NCBI GenBank assembly: GCA_021799535.1
Contig: JAJZAH010000002.1
Span: 80,950-144,949, forward strand
From: Nanobdellota archaeon
GTDB lineage: Archaea > Nanobdellota > Nanobdellia > Pacearchaeales > GW2011-AR1
Direction of reading: 5' to 3'
DNA length: 64,000 nucleotides
The notes under the pieces were generated by a model that worked only from the letters and a program-made list of their open reading frames with translations, did no database searches and was not told the origin of the DNA. Shown here piece by piece: positions 43,581 to 52,879 of this stretch. Both the position numbers and the translations under genes were made by a program. Positions within the stretch are counted from its first letter, which is position 1, and the number at the start of each line of letters is the position of its first letter.

Positions 43581-44358
43581 TATGGAATTCAAAAAAATAA
43601 TAATTCTCTTAAAAAAAGGATGCGAGATAGATTCCGCGACGATTGACAAAATATTCCATATGTCTAATGGGGCACAGATAAAAATCCTCGCTTTTGACGA
43701 GACGAGAAAAGAGGAATTCGACGGCTTTGATCTTGTCATAACTATCGGCGGAGACGGGACGTTTGTGAAGGCCGGTAACCTGATAGAAGGTGCTTTTATA
43801 ATTGGGATAAATTCAAAGCCGGACAAAAGCGAAGGTGCTCTAACTGAAATGACAATTAAGGAGATTGACAAATTAAAAGAGGTTTTTGATGGAAGTTTTG
43901 AAATTTTCAAGAGGCAAAGAGCGAAAGTGAAACTCAACGGAAGAGTCCTTGACGAGCATGCACTTAATGAAGTATATGTCGGTGCTATTTCGCAGTTTCA
44001 CAGCTCCAGATATGTGATAAAATTCAGGGGGCATGAAGAAGAGCACAGAAGTTCCGGCGTCATTATATCAACAGGAACAGGTTCTCCCGCATGGTTCTAT
44101 TCAGCGGGGGGTGAAGTTTTTCACCATGGTGAAGAGAAGCTTTCTTTTGTCGTGAGAGAGCCATATTACGGGAAAAGGGTTTTCGTCCCGAAGATAATAA
44201 GGGGAGACATAAAAAAAGGCGAGAAACTCATCATAGAATCAAAAAGGGATTCAGGCGGAATAATCGCGATAAATAATTCTGTATACGATTTCAATAACGG
44301 TGATATCGCTGAGATTGGGCTCTCGGACAAGCCTTTGAAAGTGATAAAACTGAAATGA
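43573..44358 (+). CDS. nadK: NAD kinase
   Basis: DLVITIGGDGTFV, NEVYV, GVIISTGTGSPAW. Start ambiguous (43549/43573/43582). Confidence 0.8.
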   Translation: MINMEFKKIIILLKKGCEIDSATIDKIFHMSNGAQIKILAFDETRKEEFDGFDLVITIGGDGTFVKAGNLIEGAFIIGINSKPDKSEGALTEMTIKEIDKLKEVFDGSFEIFKRQRAKVKLNGRVLDEHALNEVYVGAISQFHSSRYVIKFRGHEEEHRSSGVIISTGTGSPAWFYSAGGEVFHHGEEKLSFVVREPYYGKRVFVPKIIRGDIKKGEKLIIESKRDSGGIIAINNSVYDFNNGDIAEIGLSDKPLKVIKLK

Positions 44359-44425
44359 GCTCCTTTGGATGCATGGCTTAATCATACAACATAGGTATTT
44401 AAACGACTCCTGCATATGAAAAAGC

Positions 44426-45238
44426 ATGGTGGAAAATCAGAACCTATTTGACGATTTTTTTGGGATGGGGTTCGGAAAGGCTTTCAAAGACATTTTTGGA
44501 GAAGGGAACCCGTTATGCGATCCTGATCCGAGAAGATCGGGGCTCATGGAGACTTTTGTTCGGGAAGTCGAAAAAGGTGACAGAGTCTTTCTTGAAGAAG
44601 CTGTCATCAGGTATCAGGCGGAAGTAAACGAGAGGATCTTTGATATCCCCCTTGTTAATGCTTATGTGAAAGCTTCGGTATTCGTCGAGAATCTTCCGGC
44701 AGGATATGATTCTCTTAACAGGATAAAAGATCCAAGTCCGAACCATAGGCAGGCGATGGCCATATTAGCTTACGAAATGGGGAAACCTCATGAAGTTCTC
44801 AGGCATCTGAAAGGCATAGAAGAAAAAGTCACCTCGGCTAGGATAATTTATTCACTGTCTTCATACATCGAAGGGGATTCAAGCCCAAGCTATCACAGCG
44901 AGATACTTGGGTCGCTTCTGGAGAGTTCAGACCTTGCCAACGCGATTATTGGGATTATTTACTTCAATTCGGGGGACATGCAGAAGGCTGAGGAGTTTTT
45001 TGAAAAAGCAACAAGGCTTTCTCCTAAGTTTGAGATGCATCAGCTAAACCTCATGAGAGCGAAAGTGAGGAATGGGAAAGTTTCTGAGGTGTACTCAGGC
45101 ATGAATAATTTTTACGTGGAGACAGGTTCAAGATTGTCGGCCGACGAGATGATGGAAGAACTCAAAAAAGACAGTCTTCAAGTTCCATCACTCAGGATGA
45201 GGAATCTTTTTGAGGTCGTAAAAAATCTTATGGACTGA
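44426..45238 (+). CDS. TPR-like repeat protein (270 aa)
   Basis: AIIGIIYFNSGDMQKAEEFFEKATRLSPKF resembles a TPR unit. Otherwise unknown. Confidence 0.45.
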   Translation: MVENQNLFDDFFGMGFGKAFKDIFGEGNPLCDPDPRRSGLMETFVREVEKGDRVFLEEAVIRYQAEVNERIFDIPLVNAYVKASVFVENLPAGYDSLNRIKDPSPNHRQAMAILAYEMGKPHEVLRHLKGIEEKVTSARIIYSLSSYIEGDSSPSYHSEILGSLLESSDLANAIIGIIYFNSGDMQKAEEFFEKATRLSPKFEMHQLNLMRAKVRNGKVSEVYSGMNNFYVETGSRLSADEMMEELKKDSLQVPSLRMRNLFEVVKNLMD

Positions 45239-45245
45239 AGAAATC

Positions 45246-45253
45246 CATAAAAA
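45246..45253 (+). promoter_or_regulatory. TATA-like box (CATAAAAA) for the Cas4-like nuclease gene
   Basis: Starts 29 nt upstream of ATG 45275, which is upstream of the in-frame TAG. Confidence 0.45.
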
Positions 45254-45274
45254 GACTTTTTCCTTTCAGAGTGC

Positions 45275-45934
45275 ATGCCTTACAAACTTTCACCCAGTTC
45301 CTTGAGTCTTATGGGAGAATGCCCGAGATGTTTCTGGCTCTCGTAGCATAAAATTTGGAAAAGGCCTGAAGGTATTTTCCCGTCTCTCCCTTCAGGGATG
45401 GACAGAATATTGAAAATACATTTTGACAAATTCAGGGACAGGGGAGAGCTTCCGCCGGAGTTAAAAGAGAACAGCGAATGCAAAGGCATGATCCTGTTCA
45501 ATGATGCGGATAAAATGAAGATATGGAGAGACAATCTCAAGGGAATAAGCTACGAAGATGATAAAGGGAACATTCTTCACGGGGCAGTCGATAATATCCT
45601 TAGAAGAGGAAATAAATTAATCGTCCTTGATTACAAAACAAGGGGATTCGAGTTGAAGGAGGACACCCATGAGCATTATCAGGGTCAGCTTAACATTTAC
45701 AATTTTCTCCTGAGAAAGAACGGGTACGAGACTGAAGATTTCTCTTTTTTACTGTTTTATATCCCTAAAGAAGTAACCGAGACGGGAGAGGTCATATTTA
45801 ACACGACACTGAAAAGAATGAATGTGAGCGCCACAAATGCCGAGAGGCTGTGGAAGGATGCTTTGGAGCTTCTTGGGGAAGATTGCCCAAAAGAGAGATG
45901 CGACTGGTGCAGATGGGTTGAAAATATTTTTTGA
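45275..45934 (+). pseudogene. PD-(D/E)XK / Cas4-like nuclease interrupted by one in-frame TAG at 45344-45346 (pseudogene or readthrough)
   Basis: MPYKLSPSSLSLMGECPRCFWLS*HKIWKRPEGIFPSLPSGMDRILKIHFD... continuing into ORF 45398..45934 (GAVDNIL, LIVLDYKT, QLNIY, C-terminal CPKERCDWC). TATA-like box 45246 lies 29 nt before ATG 45275. Confidence 0.6.
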
Positions 45935-45971
45935 TTGTGTTCTGCTTGAAATTTTTTGCGCAAAGTGAAGT

Positions 45972-45979
45972 TTTATAAA
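45972..45979 (+). promoter_or_regulatory. TATA box (TTTATAAA) for the frameshifted racemase gene
   Basis: Starts 29 nt upstream of ATG 46001. Confidence 0.55.
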
Positions 45980-46000
45980 AGATTTAGATTTAAGAATTGT

Positions 46001-46673
46001 ATGAAAATACCGGGTATATTGGGGAGTCTCGGACCTGAGACTACAGCGAGAATTTACTTAGCCCTGGCTTTAAACAAAGATGCCGGGGAGTATCCCTGGA
46101 TTAATAATCTCTAATGTTTCTTTTCCAAAAATTCTCGAGGAAGAGATATCTTCCAATAAGGAAAGTCCGGCTCTCATGATTCCTTATCTTTATGAATCTA
46201 TAAAGAGACTTGAGGATGCCGGAATTGATTTCATTGTTCTCCCGTGTAATACTTTGCATTCAATCCTTCCAGAGCTAAGAGAAAGGTCAAGTAAGAAGTT
46301 TGTAGACTTGATAGAAGTGGTTTCCGATAAAGTGAAAAAACTTGGGATAAAAAAGGTAGGTATACTCGGAACTACAAAGACAAGAAGCGAGAAACTTTAT
46401 GATACTGCCTTAGGCGAAGTTGAAACATTGTATCCTTCTCATATCGAGCAGGAAAGGCTCTCCGGGATAATAATAAAGATAATAAGGTGTGAAAGCACGA
46501 AAGCTGATAAAAAATTCATTGACAATCTTGTTAACGGACTTTTAAGACGAGGGGCAGAAAAAGTGATCCTTGCATGTACAGACCTTGCAAATATAGCGGG
46601 TGAGAATGAATGCATAATAGATTCGACAGAAACATTGATAGATTTTATAAAAAAAGAGATGAATAAAGATTGA
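46001..46673 (+). pseudogene. aspartate/glutamate racemase family gene with a +1 frameshift near 46083-46095
   Basis: ATG 46001 (TTTATAAA at 45972) gives MKIPGILGSLGPETTARIYLALALNKDAGEYPWINNL*. The rest (..IPGLIISNVSFP..VLPCNTLH..ILACTDL) is in the +1 frame (ORF 46080..46673). The shift could be at the GGGG run. Confidence 0.6.
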
Positions 46674-46745
46674 TGTCTATCTTTTCAGGTTCTTATAGAT
46701 ATCAGAAATTATCTTTTTACAGAAAATGAATTAACAGTAAATGTC

Positions 46746-46910
46746 ATGAAAAACGTTATGAAATATGCGTGGGCGGATGCTCTTGAGGCTGCGGCTTATG
46801 TTGTGGCTGTAGCTGTTTTCATGTACTTTTTGGGAAAGTCTTTCTCTGCGGCTCCTGTATCTTCATCTGTCATCGCATTTCTTTTGCTTGTCATTATTGA
46901 GGGCTGGTAA
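46746..46910 (+). CDS. possible small membrane protein (54 aa)
   Basis: Own translation MKNVMKYAWADALEAAAYVVAVAVFMYFLGKSFSAAPVSSSVIAFLLLVIIEGW*. No promoter evidence. Confidence 0.3.
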   Translation: MKNVMKYAWADALEAAAYVVAVAVFMYFLGKSFSAAPVSSSVIAFLLLVIIEGW

Positions 46911-46928
46911 GAAACGCTCCGTTTAATT

Positions 46929-48737
46929 TTATCTTTTATACTTTATCGCTCTCAGAGAATTTATTATCACTGAGACGTCTATCACTTCCTGAAGAATCGC
47001 TCCTGCGATCGGGACAATGAACCCCCCTGCCGCAAAAAGCATTCCCGCAATACTGAGCCCCATTCCGGTCATCATGCTCTCTTTAGCTATCTGCATCGTT
47101 CTCTTGGAAATATTTATGGAGTCATAAACTTCAGAAAATCCTCCTCCAAGAAAGACAATATCGGCTGCTTCAGAAGAAGCTGTGTGTTCCTCATGGCTGA
47201 AGACCATTCCCGCATCTGAAAGGGCAAGAGCAGGGGCGTCATTTATACCATCACCTACCATCGCAACAACACGACTCCTGGCTTTCAGTTCCCTGATCCC
47301 TTTTTCTTTATCTTCAGGAGACATTTCAGACCTTACATCTATCTCGTGGTCAAGCGAGAGCTTCAGCTTTTCGGCTGTCTCTTTCTTGTCTCCTGTGAAT
47401 ATGTGTATACCTATTCCGGCTTTTTCCAGTTTCAAGATTATACTTTTAGCGTCTTCTTTCAGGATGTCTTCAAACATTATCTCTGCTATTACCTTTCCCC
47501 TTTCAAGCAAATGGAGGTGATTTGTCTCAGAGTCTTTTCCCTTAAGGAGAGTATATCTTTTTTTCCCGACTGTCCCGGATATTCCTTTTCCTATCTTCTC
47601 CTCAATGTCTTTTGCTGATAATGATATTATCTTTTCCCTTCTTGCTTCTGATACTATTGACCTTGCGAAGGGATGCAGGGAGTTTCTCTCTATCGCTTCG
47701 GCTATCTCAAGGATTTTTCTCCTGTCATATTTTTTGTCTTTCACCGCTATCTCTTTGAGTCTGGGCTTCCCAATGGTTATTGTTCCTGTCTTGTCAAAGA
47801 CGAGGGTGTCTGCCCTTGAGACAGCCTCGATTGCCGAAAGATTTTTTACTATTATTTTCCTTTTGGCGGAAGCACTCATCCCTCCTATAAGCGCGACGGG
47901 GGCTGCGATCAGAAGAGGGCACGGGGTTGCAATCACAAGCACAGCGAGAGCGTGGTCAAGGTCATGCCAGTAAAGGAAAGCTCCGAAAGCGATTATTAAG
48001 GACAATGCGGCGAAAAATCCATTGTACTTGTGCGCAATTCTTATCAGAGGGGACTTTTCTTCCTCGGCTTTTTTTACCATGTTTATTATCTGCCTATATG
48101 TCGAATCTTTGTCTTCTTTAGTGACTTTTACGATTATCCTGTTTCCTATATTAACGGTTCCGCTCCTGAGTATGTCCCCTTTTATCTTGTCCGCAAAATA
48201 AGGCTCCCCTGTAAGGGATGATTCATCTATCTGCGCGTATTCAGTTTCAAGCTCTCCGTCAAGAGGTATGACTTCACCCTTTCTCACAAGAATAAGAGCC
48301 CCTCTCTTCACATCTTTTATCTTTTCTTTTCTTGCCTTTGCTTCGCTTTCATAAACAAGAGCCTCGTCAGGTATTCTTTTTGAAAGGGCTGTGAGCGAGC
48401 TTTTCGCCCGTCTCTGCGCATATTTCTCAAGTCCGTTCCCGCTTGATATCATCAAGGCTATGACACTCCCTACAAGGTATTCCCCTGCCACGACAGAGAC
48501 TATAATTGCAAGGATAGCAATATAATCGAGAGCAAAACTTCTGTTTTTCAAAGTGGTGTAGCTCTCAACTATGAGCTGCACCCCTCCCGGGATTATCCCC
48601 ATTATAAAGAGTGCATACGCTGTGGGAAAATTATTCAGGGCGAATTCAAAAACGAGGCCAAATATTAAAGCAGCAAGTATGAAGACTGGGAAAACGAACA
48701 TCCCAAATTTCTCATAAAAGCTTTTCCCTTCTTTCAT
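46929..48737 (-). CDS. heavy-metal (P1B-type) P-type ATPase lacking an N-terminal HMA domain
   Basis: DKTGTIT, TGD, MVGDGINDAPAL, TGEP. The TM6 motif reads ATPCPLL (TPCP rather than CPC). Confidence 0.85.
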   Translation of the reverse strand: MKEGKSFYEKFGMFVFPVFILAALIFGLVFEFALNNFPTAYALFIMGIIPGGVQLIVESYTTLKNRSFALDYIAILAIIVSVVAGEYLVGSVIALMISSGNGLEKYAQRRAKSSLTALSKRIPDEALVYESEAKARKEKIKDVKRGALILVRKGEVIPLDGELETEYAQIDESSLTGEPYFADKIKGDILRSGTVNIGNRIIVKVTKEDKDSTYRQIINMVKKAEEEKSPLIRIAHKYNGFFAALSLIIAFGAFLYWHDLDHALAVLVIATPCPLLIAAPVALIGGMSASAKRKIIVKNLSAIEAVSRADTLVFDKTGTITIGKPRLKEIAVKDKKYDRRKILEIAEAIERNSLHPFARSIVSEARREKIISLSAKDIEEKIGKGISGTVGKKRYTLLKGKDSETNHLHLLERGKVIAEIMFEDILKEDAKSIILKLEKAGIGIHIFTGDKKETAEKLKLSLDHEIDVRSEMSPEDKEKGIRELKARSRVVAMVGDGINDAPALALSDAGMVFSHEEHTASSEAADIVFLGGGFSEVYDSINISKRTMQIAKESMMTGMGLSIAGMLFAAGGFIVPIAGAILQEVIDVSVIINSLRAIKYKR

Positions 48738-48891
48738 CTCATGCCCCTCTTTAGATTAAGACAACGGGGAAGTTTAAAAATTTTTTATATTATTTATAAT
48801 CTGATGTGGACTCTATTATTGGCTTATTCTATTTTTCTTTTGAAAAATCAAAAACATTTTTAATGTACCTTCTCTTTTAGTCTTCTGTAAA

Positions 48892-49797
48892 ATGGGTGTG
48901 GGAAAAGGTTTGCTTATCTCCTTTGTGTCGGTCCTTTTAGCAGCGTCTCTGGTGTTCCTGGGTGTTCTATGGAGTGTTCAGGCTTTTCTTTATCCTCAGG
49001 TTTATGAGCATGCATTGAATGAAAGCGGAGCTTATGCACAGATAAATTTGTCTGAACTCCCCGGAGGAAGCTTTGTAAAATTACCTTCGGGGGGGGTTCC
49101 CGTTCTTGTCGGCAATTATCTTTCGAATACTCTCTCTTATGTCCGCGGAGATTCTCCTGATCTTAATCTCACAATAGAAGTTGATACGTCAAACCTTACA
49201 AGTTTCCTGATAAAGAGCGCTGAGAATTTTCCTGTATGTGCCCAAGGGGAAGAACCATTCAACGGCAACACGCCTGTCTGCAGGCCAGCCTATGTGAACG
49301 TTTCGGATTACGTGAATCTCGTCATGAACAAGACAAACTTCAGCATACCTAAGAACGGGCAGATAAATCTCGTCAAGGTTTTTGGGATAAACATGAGTGG
49401 AATGGATGAAGCGAGGAATTACGCAAAAGGCTATCAGAATTACCTTTATCTTACATTTGCTCTTGTTATAATATTCACTGCCGTAATCTTCTTCGTCTCG
49501 GATTCTCGGACGAGGTGGAGCGGGATTGATTTTGTCTTTTCAGGAGTTGCGGTCTTTATTATTGGGAATGTGATTTCGACCCTGCCTCTTGGAAACTTGG
49601 CAGGTCAGCTGAGTTTTGTAAATAGCGTAATGGAGGACCTTATGGCCTCACTTTCTTCCCGCATGTTCTCCTATGCTTATGTCACAGGCGGGCTGGGTAT
49701 TATCATGTTTGTTCTGTCATTTTTTATAAAAAAGAAAAAATTGATTGATGCTAATGAAGGCGCTTCTACAAAACAGCCGCAATCGGGAAATACCTAA
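48892..49797 (+). CDS. membrane protein (301 aa) with extracellular N-glycosylation sequons
   Basis: N-terminal TM, a central soluble part with several N-x-S/T sites, and three C-terminal TMs. Confidence 0.5.
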   Translation: MGVGKGLLISFVSVLLAASLVFLGVLWSVQAFLYPQVYEHALNESGAYAQINLSELPGGSFVKLPSGGVPVLVGNYLSNTLSYVRGDSPDLNLTIEVDTSNLTSFLIKSAENFPVCAQGEEPFNGNTPVCRPAYVNVSDYVNLVMNKTNFSIPKNGQINLVKVFGINMSGMDEARNYAKGYQNYLYLTFALVIIFTAVIFFVSDSRTRWSGIDFVFSGVAVFIIGNVISTLPLGNLAGQLSFVNSVMEDLMASLSSRMFSYAYVTGGLGIIMFVLSFFIKKKKLIDANEGASTKQPQSGNT

Positions 49798-49846
49798 GAA
49801 ATGTTGCTATGAGATCCCCAGACAGTTCTTTTCAAGTTCATATATT

Positions 49847-49854
49847 CTTATAAA
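49847..49854 (+). promoter_or_regulatory. TATA box (CTTATAAA)
   Basis: Starts 29 nt upstream of ATG 49876. Confidence 0.6.
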
Positions 49855-49875
49855 CGCAAAAGGGTTTTTTACGAC

Positions 49876-50127
49876 ATGAAAGTTAAAGTGAAAAAGAGAA
49901 ATAAAGACGGTGTCGTGCGTCTTGAAAGTTCGGGGGTCATAAGAGAGATAATGATAAATGAAGACTTCTTGAGGCCGAAAGGTGCTTATGTTTCTGTGTG
50001 TTTCAAGGGCAAAGAGAGCTCAGGGATAATAGACCTGTCTGTGAAAGAGGTGGAAATACTCAATGAAGAAGTCCGTAAGAAAAAACGTCTTCTCGGGGAC
50101 GTACAAGTTATGAAATTTGAGAAGTGA
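49876..50127 (+). CDS. hypothetical protein (83 aa)
   Basis: ORF with CTTATAAA exactly 29 nt upstream (49847). Confidence 0.45.
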   Translation: MKVKVKKRNKDGVVRLESSGVIREIMINEDFLRPKGAYVSVCFKGKESSGIIDLSVKEVEILNEEVRKKKRLLGDVQVMKFEK

Positions 50128-50297
50128 TAAATCTTTGATTCCTTTAGCCTTTAGTTTTCTCGCCTTTCTCTTTATGGTTTATTCTCATGAGCCCCGAAAT
50201 CAAGAAAATCATGGATCCCCCAATGCTTGTTAACATATCATGTTCATTTCTTATCTTGGGAAAAATGATATAAGAGGCTTATGGGCTTTTGGCCAAT

Positions 50298-50750
50298 CTA
50301 AAGTTCTCTTCCGGTGTATTTGTATAACAAGTATTTGTAAAAATTCAGGGCTATCAAAAGAAGCAGGAAGGCTCCGGCCTGGGAGAAAAAAATCGGAATC
50401 GTTACATGGCCCGAGTTTTTTATCAGGTATTCAGAAAAATAATACAGCGATGGATAATATATCAGTGAGGTCAGTATAAAAGCCACAGGCGTAAAATAAG
50501 CCATATCCTCGACGAATCTTTTACTGGAGAAGCCTCTCCTTGAGGTTTTTATCTTATCATAAATTCTAGTTGCGACCCAGAAAAGCGAAGCCCCAATTAT
50601 CGAGCCTATGACTGCGGATGTTGAGATTGTGCTCGCAGAGTTTGTCGAGTTAGACACAAGATAACTTGCAATCTGGGCCCCTGCTACGGCTCCAAACTCG
50701 CCGAAAATAATTTCCTTGTTGAAATTTATGAAATCTTCCGAAAATCTCAT
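50298..50750 (-). CDS. membrane protein (150 aa)
   Basis: Four hydrophobic segments. ATGA-type overlap with the upstream GT2 gene. Confidence 0.45.
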   Translation of the reverse strand: MRFSEDFINFNKEIIFGEFGAVAGAQIASYLVSNSTNSASTISTSAVIGSIIGASLFWVATRIYDKIKTSRRGFSSKRFVEDMAYFTPVAFILTSLIYYPSLYYFSEYLIKNSGHVTIPIFFSQAGAFLLLLIALNFYKYLLYKYTGREL

Positions 50751-51487
50751 CTTTCAAAATAAGCGCTTTTTTTTTCTATTGGAAATTCATGACCCAGGAT
50801 AATCCTTGCATTTAGATATAAATATAATGCGACCAGCCTGAAGAAGCCCTTTTCTTTGAACCTTCTCGGGGATATGAAAACATTTCCGGGTTTATTGAGC
50901 ACTCTGAATTTATATCCCATCCTTGCAGCTTTTTTAGAATATGCTGAATCTTCCCCAAATTCAAGGTTGCCGAACCCTCCTATTTTTTTGTGGACTTCAC
51001 TTTTTGACATCATATAGTTTTGCATGAACGGGCTCTTTCCCTTTTGTGAGAGCCTGAGTATGATGTTATATATTTCATAAAACAGAAATAACCTGGGATC
51101 TTTCGATCTTGATGGTCTTTTATCCTTCCCTAAAACATAAGGGGTTATACCAACACCTGCTACGTCAAGTTTCCTTTCCACGAATTCATCGATAGATTTT
51201 TTCAGGAAATCTTTTCTTGGGATTATAACATCTGAATCTATGAATATGAGGATTTTCGCCCCCATGCGGATAGCTCTCCTTGCCCCGTTATCTCTGGCAA
51301 CTGCAGGCCGTCCGCCTTTGACAATGATACCTTTCCATCTTCTTGCGATGTCTCTTGTCCTATCCGATGAATTGGCATCTGCAACAATTACCTTGAATTC
51401 CATGAGATCCTGTTTTTTCAAAGATTCAAGAAGTCGAGGCAGATTTTTCTCCTCATTTTTTGTCGGGATTATGATCGCAACTTCCAT
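50747..51487 (-). CDS. family 2 glycosyltransferase
   Basis: VAIIIPTKNEEKNLPRLLESLKKQ...VIVADANSSD...IFIDSD. Confidence 0.8.
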   Translation of the reverse strand: MEVAIIIPTKNEEKNLPRLLESLKKQDLMEFKVIVADANSSDRTRDIARRWKGIIVKGGRPAVARDNGARRAIRMGAKILIFIDSDVIIPRKDFLKKSIDEFVERKLDVAGVGITPYVLGKDKRPSRSKDPRLFLFYEIYNIILRLSQKGKSPFMQNYMMSKSEVHKKIGGFGNLEFGEDSAYSKKAARMGYKFRVLNKPGNVFISPRRFKEKGFFRLVALYLYLNARIILGHEFPIEKKSAYFER

Positions 51488-51579
51488 GGCCTAAAAAAAA
51501 CCTGAGATTATTTAAATCCTGTGTAACCCTGTTCTCCCTTTTTAGCAATGTTAATAAAGATTTTTTGACAACTTACCGG

Positions 51580-52188
51580 ATGGTGAATCTTTTTTCGTTT
51601 GGCCAAATGTTCACTTTCGTGCAGTTTCACGGATATTTCCTGATATTTCTCATCATGATCATAGAAGGTCCCATCATAACGACTGCCGCGGCTTTTGCAG
51701 CTTCTCTGGGTTATTTTAATGTTTGGATAATCCTTGCTTTGTCTTTTCTTGGCGATGCTATTGGTGATATACTCGCTTATACTACAGGTTACTTTAGCAG
51801 GAAGAAACTTGTGGAAAGGTACGGGCATTTTTTCGGGATAAACGGAAGCGTGCTGGCAAAAGTTGATTCTCATTTCAAGAATCATCTTGGTAAGACAATG
51901 TTCCTTGTGAAAATGAGTTCTGTCTTATCTGTTCCTGGACTTATGATGGCCGGTGCAAGCAGGGTACCCCTTAAGAAGTATGTCTTCTGGAGCGCTATTT
52001 TCATACTCCCACGCGCGGTTTTTTTCGTCATTCTTGGTTATTCCTTCGGTGCGTTTGCGAATTCGGTCCTTAAGTATTATAATAATGCAGGCTATTACAT
52101 GATAGCCCTTGTCATAGGGGTTATTATCATTTACTGGATAGGAAGAAGGATAATAGACAAGATCATAAAATCAAAGAACGGAATATAA
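51580..52188 (+). CDS. DedA/SNARE-associated family membrane protein
   Basis: GYFLIFLIMIIEGPIITTAAAFAASLG...LGDAIGDILAY..G. ATG 51580 lies 29 nt after TTAATAAA (51551); the track start is TTG. Confidence 0.7.
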   Translation: MVNLFSFGQMFTFVQFHGYFLIFLIMIIEGPIITTAAAFAASLGYFNVWIILALSFLGDAIGDILAYTTGYFSRKKLVERYGHFFGINGSVLAKVDSHFKNHLGKTMFLVKMSSVLSVPGLMMAGASRVPLKKYVFWSAIFILPRAVFFVILGYSFGAFANSVLKYYNNAGYYMIALVIGVIIIYWIGRRIIDKIIKSKNGI

Positions 52189-52190
52189 AA

Positions 52191-52832
52191 TCAGTAATTC
52201 TCATCAAACTTTATCTTCCTGTCAAAAGCCCTGCTTTCATCAAGTTTCCTCATCTTTTTATACCACGAGTGATATGGTTTTACAATGGGAACGGATAAAA
52301 TTATCAGTATTATGCTCGCCCCGATTATTATCAGGTAATTGTCAAGAAACTCTTTATTGCCGAATGCCAGCGCTGAAACCACTATGAGAACTATAAGAAA
52401 GAAAATTCCCCTAAGGTACTCAAGGGGGAACAGGTCGAAGAACCATTTACCTTTCCCATGCCACCATATCTTTTCTTTCTTGAACTTTTTCAGCCCATAA
52501 TACGGATTGAACTCAAACCAAAGAAAATCTTCTATTAAAAGGAAAAGCAGCATAGCTATCAGAACATCCATTTCATTGATAGGACTCCATGGGACGCCGA
52601 AGAAGAAAGCCGAATGGAAAATAAAGAGCATGAACAAAAGCATCATCATATGATATCCGGACAGTGGCCTTTTCGCGGCGAGGTTCGAAAATACCTTTGA
52701 AAATCCTGATTTTTTATACCACGTTGGAAGTTTTCCTGCCCATCCGTTTTTCCCTTCAATCTCAATCTCCCAGAGCGCGAAAATAATTGCTGCAATGAAA
52801 ATAAAGATTGCAGTGAAGACAACTTCCATCAT
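52191..52832 (-). CDS. polytopic membrane protein (213 aa)
   Basis: Five or six hydrophobic helices. No family recognised. Confidence 0.5.
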   Translation of the reverse strand: MMEVVFTAIFIFIAAIIFALWEIEIEGKNGWAGKLPTWYKKSGFSKVFSNLAAKRPLSGYHMMMLLFMLFIFHSAFFFGVPWSPINEMDVLIAMLLFLLIEDFLWFEFNPYYGLKKFKKEKIWWHGKGKWFFDLFPLEYLRGIFFLIVLIVVSALAFGNKEFLDNYLIIIGASIILIILSVPIVKPYHSWYKKMRKLDESRAFDRKIKFDENY

Positions 52833-52850
52833 GTGATGTGGAAGGGAATA

Positions 52851-52858
52851 TTTATAAA
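52851..52858 (+). promoter_or_regulatory. TATA box (TTTATAAA)
   Basis: Starts 29 nt upstream of ATG 52880. Confidence 0.6.
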
Positions 52859-52879
52859 ATCTGCTTTCCCTTAAACAAT

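Noticed and set aside
50135-50260. A ~30-aa hydrophobic minus-strand micro-ORF (MLTSIGGSMIFLISGLMRINHKEKGEKTKG) in the spacer after gene 49876.
   Set aside because: It has no supporting promoter spacing or motif. It is too short to support from sequence alone.
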